Positions 40,125-48,750 of a DNA stretch of 48,750 bases are shown in pieces. Each line of letters begins with the position of its first letter. Within the stretch, counting starts at the first letter, position 1. A model generated the notes under the pieces. The model was given only the letters and a program-made list of their open reading frames with translations, was not told the DNA's origin and made no database searches. The DNA is from Armatimonadota bacterium. Its GTDB lineage: Bacteria; Armatimonadota; Fimbriimonadia; Fimbriimonadales; GBS-DC. The translations under genes and the position numbers were made by a program. The stretch lies in the NCBI GenBank assembly GCA_039630445.1, contig JBCNVA010000041.1, positions 1 through 48,750 on the forward strand. The letters are read 5' to 3'.

Positions 40125-41432
40125 CTACCACCAGCCCCAGCCTTTGCGGTAGGGCGGGCGCACATACCGCTCGGCGTCGGGCACATTTGTCACGCGCCCC
40201 TGTCGGGCATCGTAGTAAATCTTCTGCCCCACGCGGAACGCCACATTGCCCAACAGCACCGTTTCCGTGAGCAGCGTTGCGTATTCGAAGTTGCTAAAGG
40301 TCGGGCTACCCGTTTTGCACGCCCGAATCCACTCGGCGTGGTGTCCTTCGGGTTCTCGCGGGATGCTGGGCGCAGGCGGCTGGAAGTCGGCGAACTTCGC
40401 CCGCGGAAAGAGATAGCAGCGGTCGGCGTGCGGGAAGTAGATGACGCCCTTCTCGCCCACGAACAGCGTGCCGTTGGGCGCAAGCGGACGCCCCTCCACC
40501 AACTCATTACTGGGCTTGCGGTTGCCATCGTACCATATCAGGCGCACCGGTGGCATCCCCTTGCGCGCGGGGAACTCATACCGCACGATGCTCCACTTGG
40601 GACCCGTTTCGGGGTGGCGCGGCTCGCCCTCCGCCTCCACGCTGGTAGGCAGCCCCAGCTCCAGCGCCCAGAACGCTGTGTCCATAATGTGGCAGCCCAT
40701 ATCGCCCAACGCGCCCGTGCCGAAGTCCCACCAGCCGCGCCACGCGAAGGGGTGATAGGCAGGGTGATAGGGGCGTGCCGGCGCAGGACCCAACCATAGA
40801 TCCCAAAACAGTGTGCTGGGCACAGGCGGGGTATCCTGCGGGCGGTCGATGCCCTGTGGCCAGAAGGGGCGATCCGTCCAGCAATGCACTTCACGGATCG
40901 CGCCGATCACACCCGAGCGCACAATCTCCACCGCCTGGCGCAGGTTGTCGCTGGCATGCGCCTGATTGCCCATCTGCGTGGCGACCTTTGCGCGGCGCGC
41001 TGCCTCGCGCACCACCCGCGCCTCCCACACCGAATGCACCAGCGGCTTCTCGCAGTAGACATGCTTGCCCAGCTGCAGCGCAATCATGATGGGCAGCGCG
41101 TGGGTGTGGTCGGGGGTGCTGATGACTACAGCATCGATGTCCCGCTGGCGTTCCAGCATGCGCCGATAGTCCACATAGACCGCCGCCTTGGGGAAAGCTT
41201 GCACCGCAGGCGCAAGACGCTCCAAGTCGACATCGCACAAGGCGACGATGTTCTCGTTGCGAACCTCCTCCAGGTTGCCCCAACCGCGTCCACCTGTGCC
41301 GATGATGGCGATGTTGAGCTTATCGTTGGGCGATTTCCCCTTACCGAAGCCGCTCTTGAGAAAGAGCAGCCCCATGCCTGCCGTCAGCGTTTGCTTCAGA
41401 AACTCTCGCCGTGTCGTCTTCTGCGCCTCCAT
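40125..41432 (-). CDS. Gfo/Idh/MocA family oxidoreductase with twin-arginine (TAT) signal
   Basis: MEAQKTTRREFLKQTLTAGMGLLFL TAT signal, the Rossmann motif NIAIIGTGGRG, and EKP in VYCEKPL. The start was moved to the ATG at 41432 (verified). The track extension to 41597 reads through repeat copy 3 and is rejected. Confidence 0.85.
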   Translation of the reverse strand: MEAQKTTRREFLKQTLTAGMGLLFLKSGFGKGKSPNDKLNIAIIGTGGRGWGNLEEVRNENIVALCDVDLERLAPAVQAFPKAAVYVDYRRMLERQRDIDAVVISTPDHTHALPIMIALQLGKHVYCEKPLVHSVWEARVVREAARRAKVATQMGNQAHASDNLRQAVEIVRSGVIGAIREVHCWTDRPFWPQGIDRPQDTPPVPSTLFWDLWLGPAPARPYHPAYHPFAWRGWWDFGTGALGDMGCHIMDTAFWALELGLPTSVEAEGEPRHPETGPKWSIVRYEFPARKGMPPVRLIWYDGNRKPSNELVEGRPLAPNGTLFVGEKGVIYFPHADRCYLFPRAKFADFQPPAPSIPREPEGHHAEWIRACKTGSPTFSNFEYATLLTETVLLGNVAFRVGQKIYYDARQGRVTNVPDAERYVRPPYRKGWGWW

Positions 41433-41497
41433 CGCAGGCAACTTATTTCCCTGCTTAGGGAAAAGTTCCTGCAGGCTCCATAAGCGCGATCGACGGG

Positions 41498-41644
41498 CGA
41501 GGTTCCTCGCTCCGCTCGGAATGACAAGGCTCTGCTCGGAATAACGGTGCTCTGCTCGGAATGACAAGGCCTCTTCAAGCAGCAGCGAACTTGTCATTCC
41601 GAGCCGAAGGCGAGGAATCTCAGATAGGTGGCAGCTTGGGTTAC
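41498..41644. repeat. Palindromic MITE/REP-like element, copy 3
   Basis: GAGGTTCCTCGCTCCGCTCGGAATGACA plus two further GCTCTGCTCGGAAT(A/G)AC sub-repeats, a spacer, then TGTCATTCCGAGCCGAAGGCGAGGAATCTCAGATAGGTGGCAGCTTGGGTTAC. The right end is shared with copy 1; the left terminal repeat is absent. Confidence 0.75.
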
Positions 41645-41718
41645 GGGTATACTCTCACATGGCTACGCAGGCATGACGGAGCGTGCCGCTGCATCACAAG
41701 GAAGGAGGTTCAGGCGAT

Positions 41719-43722
41719 ATGGAGATAGCCCATCTCGTTCCCTATGTGGCGCCCGCATTAGGTGGCGCGGGCATTTTGATTGCTGGGCTGAACTATTATT
41801 CGGTCATTCGCCGTCCAGACGGCACGGAGGCGATGCGCACCTACGCGCAAGCCATTCACGACGGCGCGATGACCTTTTTGCGACGCGAGTACATCGCGAT
41901 CAGCCTCTTTGCACTGGTGCTGTTTGTGGTTTTGACGGTAGCGTTTTATCAGCAAGCACCCCTGATTGGCGTCGCCTATCTGTTTGGCGCGATCAGCTCG
42001 ATGCTGGCGGGCTATATCGGCATGAAGGCGTCGACGCGCAGTGGGGTGCGCTCGACGGAGGCGGCGCGTCAGGGTGGGATGGGCGCGGCGCTGGTGGTGG
42101 CGTTCACGGGCGGCTCGGTGATGGGGCTTGCCGTCGCCGCGCTCGGCTTGCTCGGCATCGGCTTGATTGTGCTGCTGGGGCTGGGGCTGGACACCAAGAC
42201 GCTGGTGCAGTACCTGACGGGCTACTCGATGGGCGCGTCGTCGGTGGCACTCTTTGCGCGCGTGGGCGGAGGTATCTACACCAAAGCGGCTGATGTGGGC
42301 GCAGACCTGGTAGGCAAGGTGGAGGCAGGCATTCCGGAGGATGACCCGCGCAACCCTGCTGTGCTTGCCGATAATGTGGGCGATAATGTGGGCGACACGG
42401 CGGGCATGGGCGCGGATCTGTTCGAGAGCTATGTCGGCTCGGTGGTTGCCGCGGCGGTCATCGGCGCAACTATAGCCGTTGCAGGTGGGCAACCGCTGGC
42501 GTATGTCATCCTGCCGCTTGCCCTGATCGCGCTGGGGCTGATCGCCTCGGTGATCGGCGTCTTTTCGATACGGCTGTTCCGCCAGATGGATCCACAGTGG
42601 GCGCTGAACGGCGCGACGCTGGTGGCGATCCTGCTCTTTCTGGTGGGCGCGGTGTGGCTGACACAGGCGATGGTGAACTCGCTGGCGCCCTACTGGGCGG
42701 TGCTGGCGGGGCTGTTCGCGGGCGTGTTCATCGGCGCGGTCAGCCAGTATTACACCAGTGGTCCTCCCATTCGGCAGATTGCCCGTTCCTCGCGCTACGG
42801 CACTGCGCCCAACATCTTGTCGGGCATCAGTGTCGGTTATCTCAGCACGGTGCTGCCGCTGCTGGGCATCGCGGCGGCGATTTGGCTTGCCTACGCTACA
42901 AACGGGCTATACGGGATTGCACTGGCGGGTGTCGGCATGTTGGCAACGATCGGCATCGTGATGAGCACCGATAGCTACGGTCCGATTGCCGACAACGCGG
43001 GCGGGATTGCCGAAGTCGCGGGCTTCGGTGAGAGCGTGCGCAAAATCACCGACCGACTGGACGCGCTGGGCAACACCACCGCAGCGATCGGCAAGGGCTT
43101 CGCGATTGGCAGCGCGGCGCTGACGGCGCTTGCCCTGTTCGCGGCGTATCAGAGCCAGACGGGGCTGAAGGCGATCAATCTGACCACGCCGCAGACGCTG
43201 ATTGGCTTGCTGATCGGGATCGCGATGCCGAATCTGTTCGCGGCGCTCACGCTGAAGGCAGTGGCGCGGGCGTCCGACCAGATGGTGGAGGAGGTGCGCC
43301 GCCAGTTCCGTGAGTTGGGACTGCTGGAGGGGCGCGGCAAGCCCGACTACAACCGCTGCATCGACATCGTGACGAGCGCTGCGCTGCGCGAGATGATCCT
43401 ACCCGGTGCGATCGCCGTGATTGCGCCGCTGCTGGTAGGCTACTTCCTTGGGGCAGAGGCGCTCGGCGGCTTCCTGGCAGGCGCGCTGGGCATGGGCGTC
43501 GTCACGGGGCTGATGATGGCGAACGCAGGCGGCGCATGGGACAACGCCAAAAAGTGGATTGAGGAAGGGCACGAAGGCGGCAAGGGCAGCGAGGCGCACA
43601 AAGCCGCTGTCGTGGGCGACACGGTGGGCGACCCGTTCAAAGACACCACAGGACCCAGCATGAACATCCTCATCAAGTTGATGAGCATCGTTGCGCTGGT
43701 GTTCGCCCCGCTGCTGGGATAG
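41719..43722 (+). CDS. hppA: Membrane-bound ion-translocating pyrophosphatase (K+-dependent sequence type)
   Basis: Canonical M-PPase motifs ([28 protein letters not shown]). [10 protein letters not shown] has Ala rather than Lys at the K+-dependence position. The ATG at 41719 is preceded by GAAGGAGG; the track start at 41683 is rejected. Confidence 0.93.
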   Translation: MEIAHLVPYVAPALGGAGILIAGLNYYSVIRRPDGTEAMRTYAQAIHDGAMTFLRREYIAISLFALVLFVVLTVAFYQQAPLIGVAYLFGAISSMLAGYIGMKASTRSGVRSTEAARQGGMGAALVVAFTGGSVMGLAVAALGLLGIGLIVLLGLGLDTKTLVQYLTGYSMGASSVALFARVGGGIYTKAADVGADLVGKVEAGIPEDDPRNPAVLADNVGDNVGDTAGMGADLFESYVGSVVAAAVIGATIAVAGGQPLAYVILPLALIALGLIASVIGVFSIRLFRQMDPQWALNGATLVAILLFLVGAVWLTQAMVNSLAPYWAVLAGLFAGVFIGAVSQYYTSGPPIRQIARSSRYGTAPNILSGISVGYLSTVLPLLGIAAAIWLAYATNGLYGIALAGVGMLATIGIVMSTDSYGPIADNAGGIAEVAGFGESVRKITDRLDALGNTTAAIGKGFAIGSAALTALALFAAYQSQTGLKAINLTTPQTLIGLLIGIAMPNLFAALTLKAVARASDQMVEEVRRQFRELGLLEGRGKPDYNRCIDIVTSAALREMILPGAIAVIAPLLVGYFLGAEALGGFLAGALGMGVVTGLMMANAGGAWDNAKKWIEEGHEGGKGSEAHKAAVVGDTVGDPFKDTTGPSMNILIKLMSIVALVFAPLLG

Positions 43723-43727
43723 AGACC

Positions 43728-45719
43728 TTACTGCCCGCGCTTTTTCAACTCGGCGGCGACTCCTGCCAGCGCATAGGTGCGCCATGAGGGATCGGCGATG
43801 CCGCGTGTCCATCGCGCCGCCGCGCGAAACTCGCCTTTCCTTGCCAGCCCGACGGCATAGCCCGCCTCATAGATTGCGTTCAGATACCGATCGACGCGCC
43901 CCGCCTCCCGACGCAGCCGTTCCGCCTCCTGAAGTCGTCCCACCTGCGCTGCTGCTGCCGCCGCGTACATCAGATATTTCCGACGCGCAACTTCGGACCA
44001 TCTGGGATCACCTTCAGAATATGCCAGCGCGGCTTCGCCCAAAAGCGGGTCATAAAACCGCTGATAAACCGCTTGTTCGGTCATCTCCTGCAGCGTGTAG
44101 CTAATTTGGATACCCAGTTTTTCCGCGCCCAGCCGCTGCTGATAGCGCAGTACCTGTAGCAGGTAGGGGTAGTAATCCGCCTCATGCAGCTGCAGAATGT
44201 TGTAAGCGGCGAGGGAGATGAATCTGGCAAGCAGCTCGTGCAAGGTTGATTCCGAGGCAATGAGTTTTTCAGGTTGCCAAAAAACAGCAGCCGTTTCGAA
44301 GGCTAACTCGTCGTGGTGTATCAGGGCATAGATAGGCTCTATCAACTCGGCAGGAAGCGCAAGCGGGGGCTGTTGCAGCGATTCGAGGGCGCGCCGTAGC
44401 CGTTGCGCCATACTGGGAGATGGCGCCATTTGCAGCAGCTGGCGTGCCTCCTGCACACGCCCCGTACGCGCATACCGAAGCGCTGCTTCAAGCCGCAGGC
44501 GCTCCTGAGCGATGGGCGATTCAACCTGACTTAGCAGTCGCCTCACCTGAGCAGTACGCCCTTGTGCTGCCATGCTTAGGATCAGCAGATCACGCGCCCT
44601 GTTGGCTATCCATGGGTCATTCAGAGCAGCGAGGAATTGCTCCAGCTCGCGCTCACGCCCAGACAGTGCCAGCCCATAGCAAAAGCCCGTCTCCAGATGG
44701 ACTTCGGCGCGCTCATAGCGCTCGACGGGGAGGCGGTTCAGCATCCGCTGCGTTGCATCGGAGGGTAGGGGAGCCGTCAAGCGCGCCGTAAGACGCGCTA
44801 ACAGCTTGAAATCGATGGTGGACGGATCGTGGCGATTCAGATAGTCGCGCAGGGTTCGCTCCGCCAGCATCAGGGCACGAGCCGTTTGCCCTCTCTGTGC
44901 CAGTGCATTCACCTGCCGCACTCGATCCTCCCATTCAGGAGGCAGGGGCGCGGAAATGTCCCCATCGAGCAGATTGCGTTCAGTGGAGGGCAGTTCTTCC
45001 AATCGTTGCAGCCACTGTTCGGCTCGGTCGTAGTCACCCGCCTGCAACGCCAGCCGTGCGAGGCGCAACCCCAACAGCAGATCGAGCGCTTCTTGAGGCG
45101 ACTGATCCATCACACGGGCTGCTGCTCCAAACTGATCCACTTCGGCGGCGCGGCGAACAATTGAACGGAGGTAGAGTGGAATCTTATCTTTTGCTTGCTT
45201 GTCAGCCTGCAGCATTTGCACGACTTCCAGCGCGTCGTTGAAGCGCCCCGCCTCTATCAGCGCACGGATCAGTCGCTGGAACAGAAGCGCGCTATTCGGT
45301 AGGTCGTCGTCATCCACCTGATGGCCAGCCACATTCTGCCGTGCATGGTACGAGCCGTACTGCCGATGGATGTGCCGCGCCACTTCAAGGGCATCATCCA
45401 GCCGATTGGTATCGAGAAGGGCGTGCCCAATCGCGTGCCATGCAAACGGCTGCACTTCGAGCGGCGCGTTCTGGGCGAACCGTCGTGCGCCTCGGAGGTC
45501 ATTGGCATGGACGAGTGCGCGGGCAATATGCGCCATCGCCACCGCCCGATTGCCTGCAGGTTCTATCGCCTCGGCAGTTGCACGCGCTTCCCGCATCATG
45601 GAGCGCGAGTTCACAGGCAGCAGCTCACGATAGAGACGCGGAAGCATCCACCACAGCAGTAGCAAGATTGCCGTCCCGATGACCAGCCATTTGCGCTTTC
45701 CTTGCCACATCCAGCGCAT
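43728..45719 (-). CDS. N-terminally membrane-anchored helical-repeat (TPR-like) protein, function unknown
   Basis: This is the lower two-thirds of track ORF 43728..46667. The start is placed at the ATG at 45719 (MRWMWQGKRKWLVIGTAILLLLWWMLP), preceded by a G-rich Shine-Dalgarno; the ATG at 45737 is an alternative. One TM is followed by about 630 aa of Leu/Ala/Arg-rich helical repeats. Confidence 0.6.
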   Translation of the reverse strand: MRWMWQGKRKWLVIGTAILLLLWWMLPRLYRELLPVNSRSMMREARATAEAIEPAGNRAVAMAHIARALVHANDLRGARRFAQNAPLEVQPFAWHAIGHALLDTNRLDDALEVARHIHRQYGSYHARQNVAGHQVDDDDLPNSALLFQRLIRALIEAGRFNDALEVVQMLQADKQAKDKIPLYLRSIVRRAAEVDQFGAAARVMDQSPQEALDLLLGLRLARLALQAGDYDRAEQWLQRLEELPSTERNLLDGDISAPLPPEWEDRVRQVNALAQRGQTARALMLAERTLRDYLNRHDPSTIDFKLLARLTARLTAPLPSDATQRMLNRLPVERYERAEVHLETGFCYGLALSGRERELEQFLAALNDPWIANRARDLLILSMAAQGRTAQVRRLLSQVESPIAQERLRLEAALRYARTGRVQEARQLLQMAPSPSMAQRLRRALESLQQPPLALPAELIEPIYALIHHDELAFETAAVFWQPEKLIASESTLHELLARFISLAAYNILQLHEADYYPYLLQVLRYQQRLGAEKLGIQISYTLQEMTEQAVYQRFYDPLLGEAALAYSEGDPRWSEVARRKYLMYAAAAAAQVGRLQEAERLRREAGRVDRYLNAIYEAGYAVGLARKGEFRAAARWTRGIADPSWRTYALAGVAAELKKRGQ

Positions 45720-45778
45720 GATAACCCCCCTTATCATATTACCCCGTGAGTGCCCCGTTGCCGAGCTGTGCAACCACC

Positions 45779-46660
45779 CTATCGCAGCAATAGCCAGAGG
45801 AGCAGCGCGGCGGTGCCCCCGACCACCAGCAAGCTCGCCAATAGCTCCTGACGGCTCAGGCGGAACTCGCGCCAGTTGACCGCCAGCACTACCACCGCCA
45901 TCGGCACCAGCGCAGGCAGCGCCGCTGCCACGCCCAGCATCACCACCACCAGATACGCCCATAGCACGAAAAAGAGCGCGATTGCCGTCGCCCCTGTGCG
46001 CAGCCCGAATCGATAGAGACACGCTGCATAGAGCGTTAGGAACACGAAATCGCCCACGCCCATCAGCACAATTGGCACCACGCGTTCGACAGTGGGCGCT
46101 GCTGCAGGTGCGGTCATCACAGCCACTGCGGCACGCTCCACCACCGCGGGCGCCTTCTCCACCATCTGCTTCACAAAGCCCATCGGAGTTAGCACCGTGA
46201 TGGCGTCCACCAGCGCAGCAAAGGGCGCAACGGGCACAAGCAGGTTCCTGTCCCGAATCAGGCGCGACAGCAGGCTGCCCAACCCAATCGCCGTGAGAAT
46301 CAGTAGATAGCCGTGAAAGGCGCGATAGAACACGGCAAGGGCGAGCGGAAGGGGACGCGAGGGCGAAACGCCCCACCACGCAGGCAGAAAGAACCAAAGC
46401 ACCAGCGCGGTCGCACCCCCGCCCAGCAGCACGAACACCAGCCAGCGACGCGCTTCGCACATACGCGCCAGCGAAAACACCAATCCCAGCATCGACGCCA
46501 TCAGCGCCAGCGTGCTGAGCAGCGTTCCAATCCAGACCCAGCCGATGGGCACACGCACAAATGGCGTGAGCGTCTGCAACAGCAGATAAGCCAAGCTCCA
46601 GCCTAACCACGCCCAGCCAGACCCGATGGATAGACGCGCGGCACTCCCCGTGGTCGCCAT
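45779..46660 (-). CDS. Polytopic membrane protein with presenilin/SPP-like D, GxGD and PAL motifs (putative A22 intramembrane aspartyl protease)
   Basis: About 9 hydrophobic segments. D152 lies in FAALVDAITVL (codon GAC verified at 46207..46205). G201-V-G-D204 lies in LMGVGDFVFLTLY (verified at 46060..46049). P249-A-L lies in ALPALVPM. The frame has membrane-protein composition, unlike the overlapping 979-aa frame. Confidence 0.6.
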   Translation of the reverse strand: MATTGSAARLSIGSGWAWLGWSLAYLLLQTLTPFVRVPIGWVWIGTLLSTLALMASMLGLVFSLARMCEARRWLVFVLLGGGATALVLWFFLPAWWGVSPSRPLPLALAVFYRAFHGYLLILTAIGLGSLLSRLIRDRNLLVPVAPFAALVDAITVLTPMGFVKQMVEKAPAVVERAAVAVMTAPAAAPTVERVVPIVLMGVGDFVFLTLYAACLYRFGLRTGATAIALFFVLWAYLVVVMLGVAAALPALVPMAVVVLAVNWREFRLSRQELLASLLVVGGTAALLLWLLLR

Positions 46661-46692
46661 CTCCCAATCAGCGGGAGTATACCTGCTCAGGG

Positions 46693-48477
46693 TCAGGAGC
46701 AGCTACCCAGGTCGAACAGCACAGCGAGGAGATCCGCCTCGTCCACCACGCCATCAAGGTTCACATCCGCGGCATGATCGCCTTCAGAAGGGTCAACCCC
46801 CATCGCCAGCAGCACCCTTAGCAGGTCAGCATCGTCCACGCAGCTGTCACCATCCACATCAGACAGATAGATCACCTCTGGCAGCTCATCGGTTTCCACG
46901 CATCGCCCAAGTGGCGTGTCGGGCGACCAGAGGAAGCTGCCGCAGTTGTAGGGGGTACAGGGCGGTGTCTGGTTGGGTGGCAGGGAGCCGATGCTTACTG
47001 TGCCCAGAACAGGCGGTCCCGCATAGCCCAGCCCGCTCACCGTGCAACCCAGATCGACGCGCAGCTCCTGACCGCTCAGGCGAATGGCAGGGTTGTTCAG
47101 CACCTGCCGCCGCGCCCCCAGCGTCAGCGTGCTGCCCGAAACGGTGACCTCGCGAATCTCATAGTGCAGGTGCGGTCCCGTGGAGTTGCCTGTACTGCCC
47201 AGCCGGGCAATTGGCTGACCTGCCACCACATCGGTGCCGTTGCTCACCAGAAAGTAGTTCAGGTGGGCATAGATCGTGGCGAGGTAGGTGTTGCTTGTGC
47301 CACTCACTCGGACATTGCTGACCAGCACGATGTAGTTGCCGTAGCCGCTGCAACCGCTCTGGGCACGGGTGTAGGCGCGTCCTGCATGCGAAGCCAGCAA
47401 CGGCTCGTTGCAATCCTGCAGCCAGCCCCCTGTGTAGGGACAGCTGGTGCGTGAGGAGGAGGCGCGGTTGAAATCGACGGCATGCAGAATGTTGCCCCCG
47501 CCATGCCCATCGTAGGTGGAAGGTGTCCAGTATTGTCCCTGTCGCCAGGGTGCAATCAGGTTCCAGAGGAACTGCTCCTCCGCCGTGCGGTAGACCGCGC
47601 GCAGCGTCTGGTTTTGGGTTATCGAAAGCGTAAGGGAACGGTTGCTGGTGTAAGGGACGCCGTTGCGCTCCCAGTGAACAAAACTGCCGCCATCGGGCGC
47701 GGTCTCAGGTGCGGTCAAGGTAATCTGGCTGCCCGCCACATAGGAGAGCGTGGTGGGTGTTGTTGCCGTGCCCGATGGGGGATTGCCCAGCAGGTCGCGC
47801 AGGCTGACGGTAATACCGACCCCGCTTACGCTCGATTCGAGGGTAAGCGTGTAGATGGGGCGGGCTGCTCCCAATTTCGCCAAGTAGACCCCGCTATAGA
47901 GGCGCGAATCGGCAGACCAGCCGACCTGTCCGCCGTTGGCATCGTCCCAGCGGATTTTCCACCACACGAGCCGATTTGCCGTGTCGATCACCACTTGATA
48001 CGCCCAGCCTGTCGCCCCTGCAGGCTTCTGGGTGAGGATGCCGTAGTTCAAGCCGGGACCCGTGCGCACATTCAGCGGGTTGCCGTCAGGTGCGACCTGC
48101 ACGGGATACGCACCCGATGCTGTGATATTGGGATAAGCTCCCTCACCCGGCATCGGTAGAAACTGCGGTTGGTTCATTAGCCTCTCGATGGACCAGCCGC
48201 GCTGACCATTTGACCACGCCACCTGCCACCAGGGCACACGGTTGCAAAGATCTGCTTCGCTCAGCACGATGCCGTCAGTGCCTGCAGGCGGACCGGGTTC
48301 GCGAATGGAGCCGCACGCACGCAGATGCACCCACAGCCGATTGCCTGATGCGGTGATACCCACGCGATCGCCTCGCTGAACCCCCTGTGCCTCCAGCCGC
48401 GGCAGGTAAACGCTTATCCCGATCAGCAGCGTTAGCCGTAGCCACCGCCCAGTGAACACCCTTTGTTGCCTCCTCAT
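46693..48477 (-). CDS. Secreted multidomain M23 metallopeptidase (SH3b x2, Ig-like repeat, M23, dockerin-like tail)
   Basis: Signal peptide. Two SH3b-like segments (VPWWQVAWSNGQRGWSIE; VWWKIRWDDANGGQVGWS). A FVHWERNG..L.A.Y bacterial repeat. The M23 core HAVDF...GYGNYIV...IYAHL...GSTGNSTGPHLHYEIR. The C-terminal repeats DVDGDSCVDDADLL and DVNLDGVVDEADLL. Confidence 0.8.
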   Translation of the reverse strand: MRRQQRVFTGRWLRLTLLIGISVYLPRLEAQGVQRGDRVGITASGNRLWVHLRACGSIREPGPPAGTDGIVLSEADLCNRVPWWQVAWSNGQRGWSIERLMNQPQFLPMPGEGAYPNITASGAYPVQVAPDGNPLNVRTGPGLNYGILTQKPAGATGWAYQVVIDTANRLVWWKIRWDDANGGQVGWSADSRLYSGVYLAKLGAARPIYTLTLESSVSGVGITVSLRDLLGNPPSGTATTPTTLSYVAGSQITLTAPETAPDGGSFVHWERNGVPYTSNRSLTLSITQNQTLRAVYRTAEEQFLWNLIAPWRQGQYWTPSTYDGHGGGNILHAVDFNRASSSRTSCPYTGGWLQDCNEPLLASHAGRAYTRAQSGCSGYGNYIVLVSNVRVSGTSNTYLATIYAHLNYFLVSNGTDVVAGQPIARLGSTGNSTGPHLHYEIREVTVSGSTLTLGARRQVLNNPAIRLSGQELRVDLGCTVSGLGYAGPPVLGTVSIGSLPPNQTPPCTPYNCGSFLWSPDTPLGRCVETDELPEVIYLSDVDGDSCVDDADLLRVLLAMGVDPSEGDHAADVNLDGVVDEADLLAVLFDLGSCS

Positions 48478-48534
48478 CGGGATTATACGCTGCCCAAAGG
48501 CGGTTTCCTTGCCTGTAAGGTATCATTCGCCCGC

Positions 48535-48750
48535 ATGGAGCGCGCAGCAGCGAGTGTACGACGGCTGGTCGCTGGGCTTTTAATCCTGTGGCTGAGCGTG
48601 GCGCTGGCACAAAGCGTGGAGGTGCAGATGCCGCGCGTGGCGTTGCAGGGCGTGCCGTTCGAAGTGAGCGCTTCGGGGCTGCCCCCCAAAGCCCAATTCA
48701 CCTTGCGCGTTATCCACGAGGGGCGTCCGCCTTTAACCTGGGAGCAAACC
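48535..48750 (+). CDS. Secreted protein, 5' fragment (runs off the window)
   Basis: Not in the ORF track. The ATG at 48535 opens a frame that stays open to the window end (72 codons). It begins with a signal-peptide-like RRLVAGLLILWLSVALAQS. It is divergent from the M23 gene. Function unknown. Confidence 0.4.
   Translation, partial: MERAAASVRRLVAGLLILWLSVALAQSVEVQMPRVALQGVPFEVSASGLPPKAQFTLRVIHEGRPPLTWEQT

Noticed and set aside
40125-41597. A 55-aa N-terminal extension of the oxidoreductase ORF.
   Set aside because: The extension is the translation of repeat copy 3 (LSFRAEHRYSEQSLVIPSGARNL). The real protein starts with a TAT signal at the ATG at 41432.
41645-41718. An outward-facing promoter contributed by the repeat end (TAGGTG, 16-17 nt, then TAGTAT or TATACT, seen in copies 1 and 3).
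   Set aside because: The -35-like hexamer matches the consensus at only 2 of 6 positions. It is kept as a weak note inside the copy 3 finding and is not annotated as a feature.
43728-46667. The 979-aa ORF in the track, read as a single giant protein.
   Set aside because: Its first 310 residues or so (46667..45738) are Gly/Arg/Ala/Cys-rich low-complexity sequence, typical of an off-frame read in GC-rich DNA. They overlap a membrane-protein-like ORF (45779..46660) in another frame. A good start with a TM anchor exists at 45719 or 45737. I therefore split the region into two genes.

Overview
This is a visibly GC-rich bacterial chromosomal window with about 45 protein-coding genes. I found no rRNA, tRNA or CRISPR array. 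Most of it is housekeeping, with many pathway genes sitting alone rather than in classical operons: queC, a class I (DhnA-type) aldolase, rplU without rpmA, an F-type ATP synthase operon atpB-E-F-H-A-G that lacks atpD/atpC, trpA, ahcY, thrC, an MqnE-like radical SAM enzyme, a K+-dependent-type membrane pyrophosphatase, a GH78 rhamnosidase, and a hybrid histidine kinase plus Hpt protein. Accessory content includes a stand-alone CHAT protein at the left edge, a Uma2 endonuclease wedged after atpG, and an Rpn/DUF4351 PD-(D/E)XK nuclease carrying an expanded 12-bp in-frame tandem repeat. It also includes a DUF433 antitoxin with a truncated PIN-like (DUF5615) toxin remnant missing from the ORF track, and three copies of a palindromic GTCATTCCGAGC...GAGGAATC MITE/REP-like element. 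The best candidate for something undescribed is a minus-strand three-gene operon (48477..43728). It encodes a secreted SH3b-M23 peptidase with a dockerin-like tail, a multi-pass membrane protein (about 9 hydrophobic segments), and an N-terminally anchored helical-repeat protein. The membrane protein carries the D / GxGD / PAL motif triad of presenilin/SPP (A22) intramembrane aspartyl proteases. In the ORF track the last two genes are masked by a spurious 979-aa ORF. Secondary leads are a translationally coupled translin/TRAX-like plus DUF3866 pair, Cys-containing dockerin-like modules on two unrelated secreted metalloproteases, and an orphan plus-strand intrinsic terminator opposite the ABC permease leader. 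The lineage cannot be fixed from sequence alone. The futalosine pathway, TAT-signal Gfo/Idh/MocA oxidoreductase, Uma2, DUF4351 and dockerin-like tails fit an Armatimonadota/Chloroflexota-like organism, but that is a guess. All functional calls come from motif recognition by eye; no searches were run.
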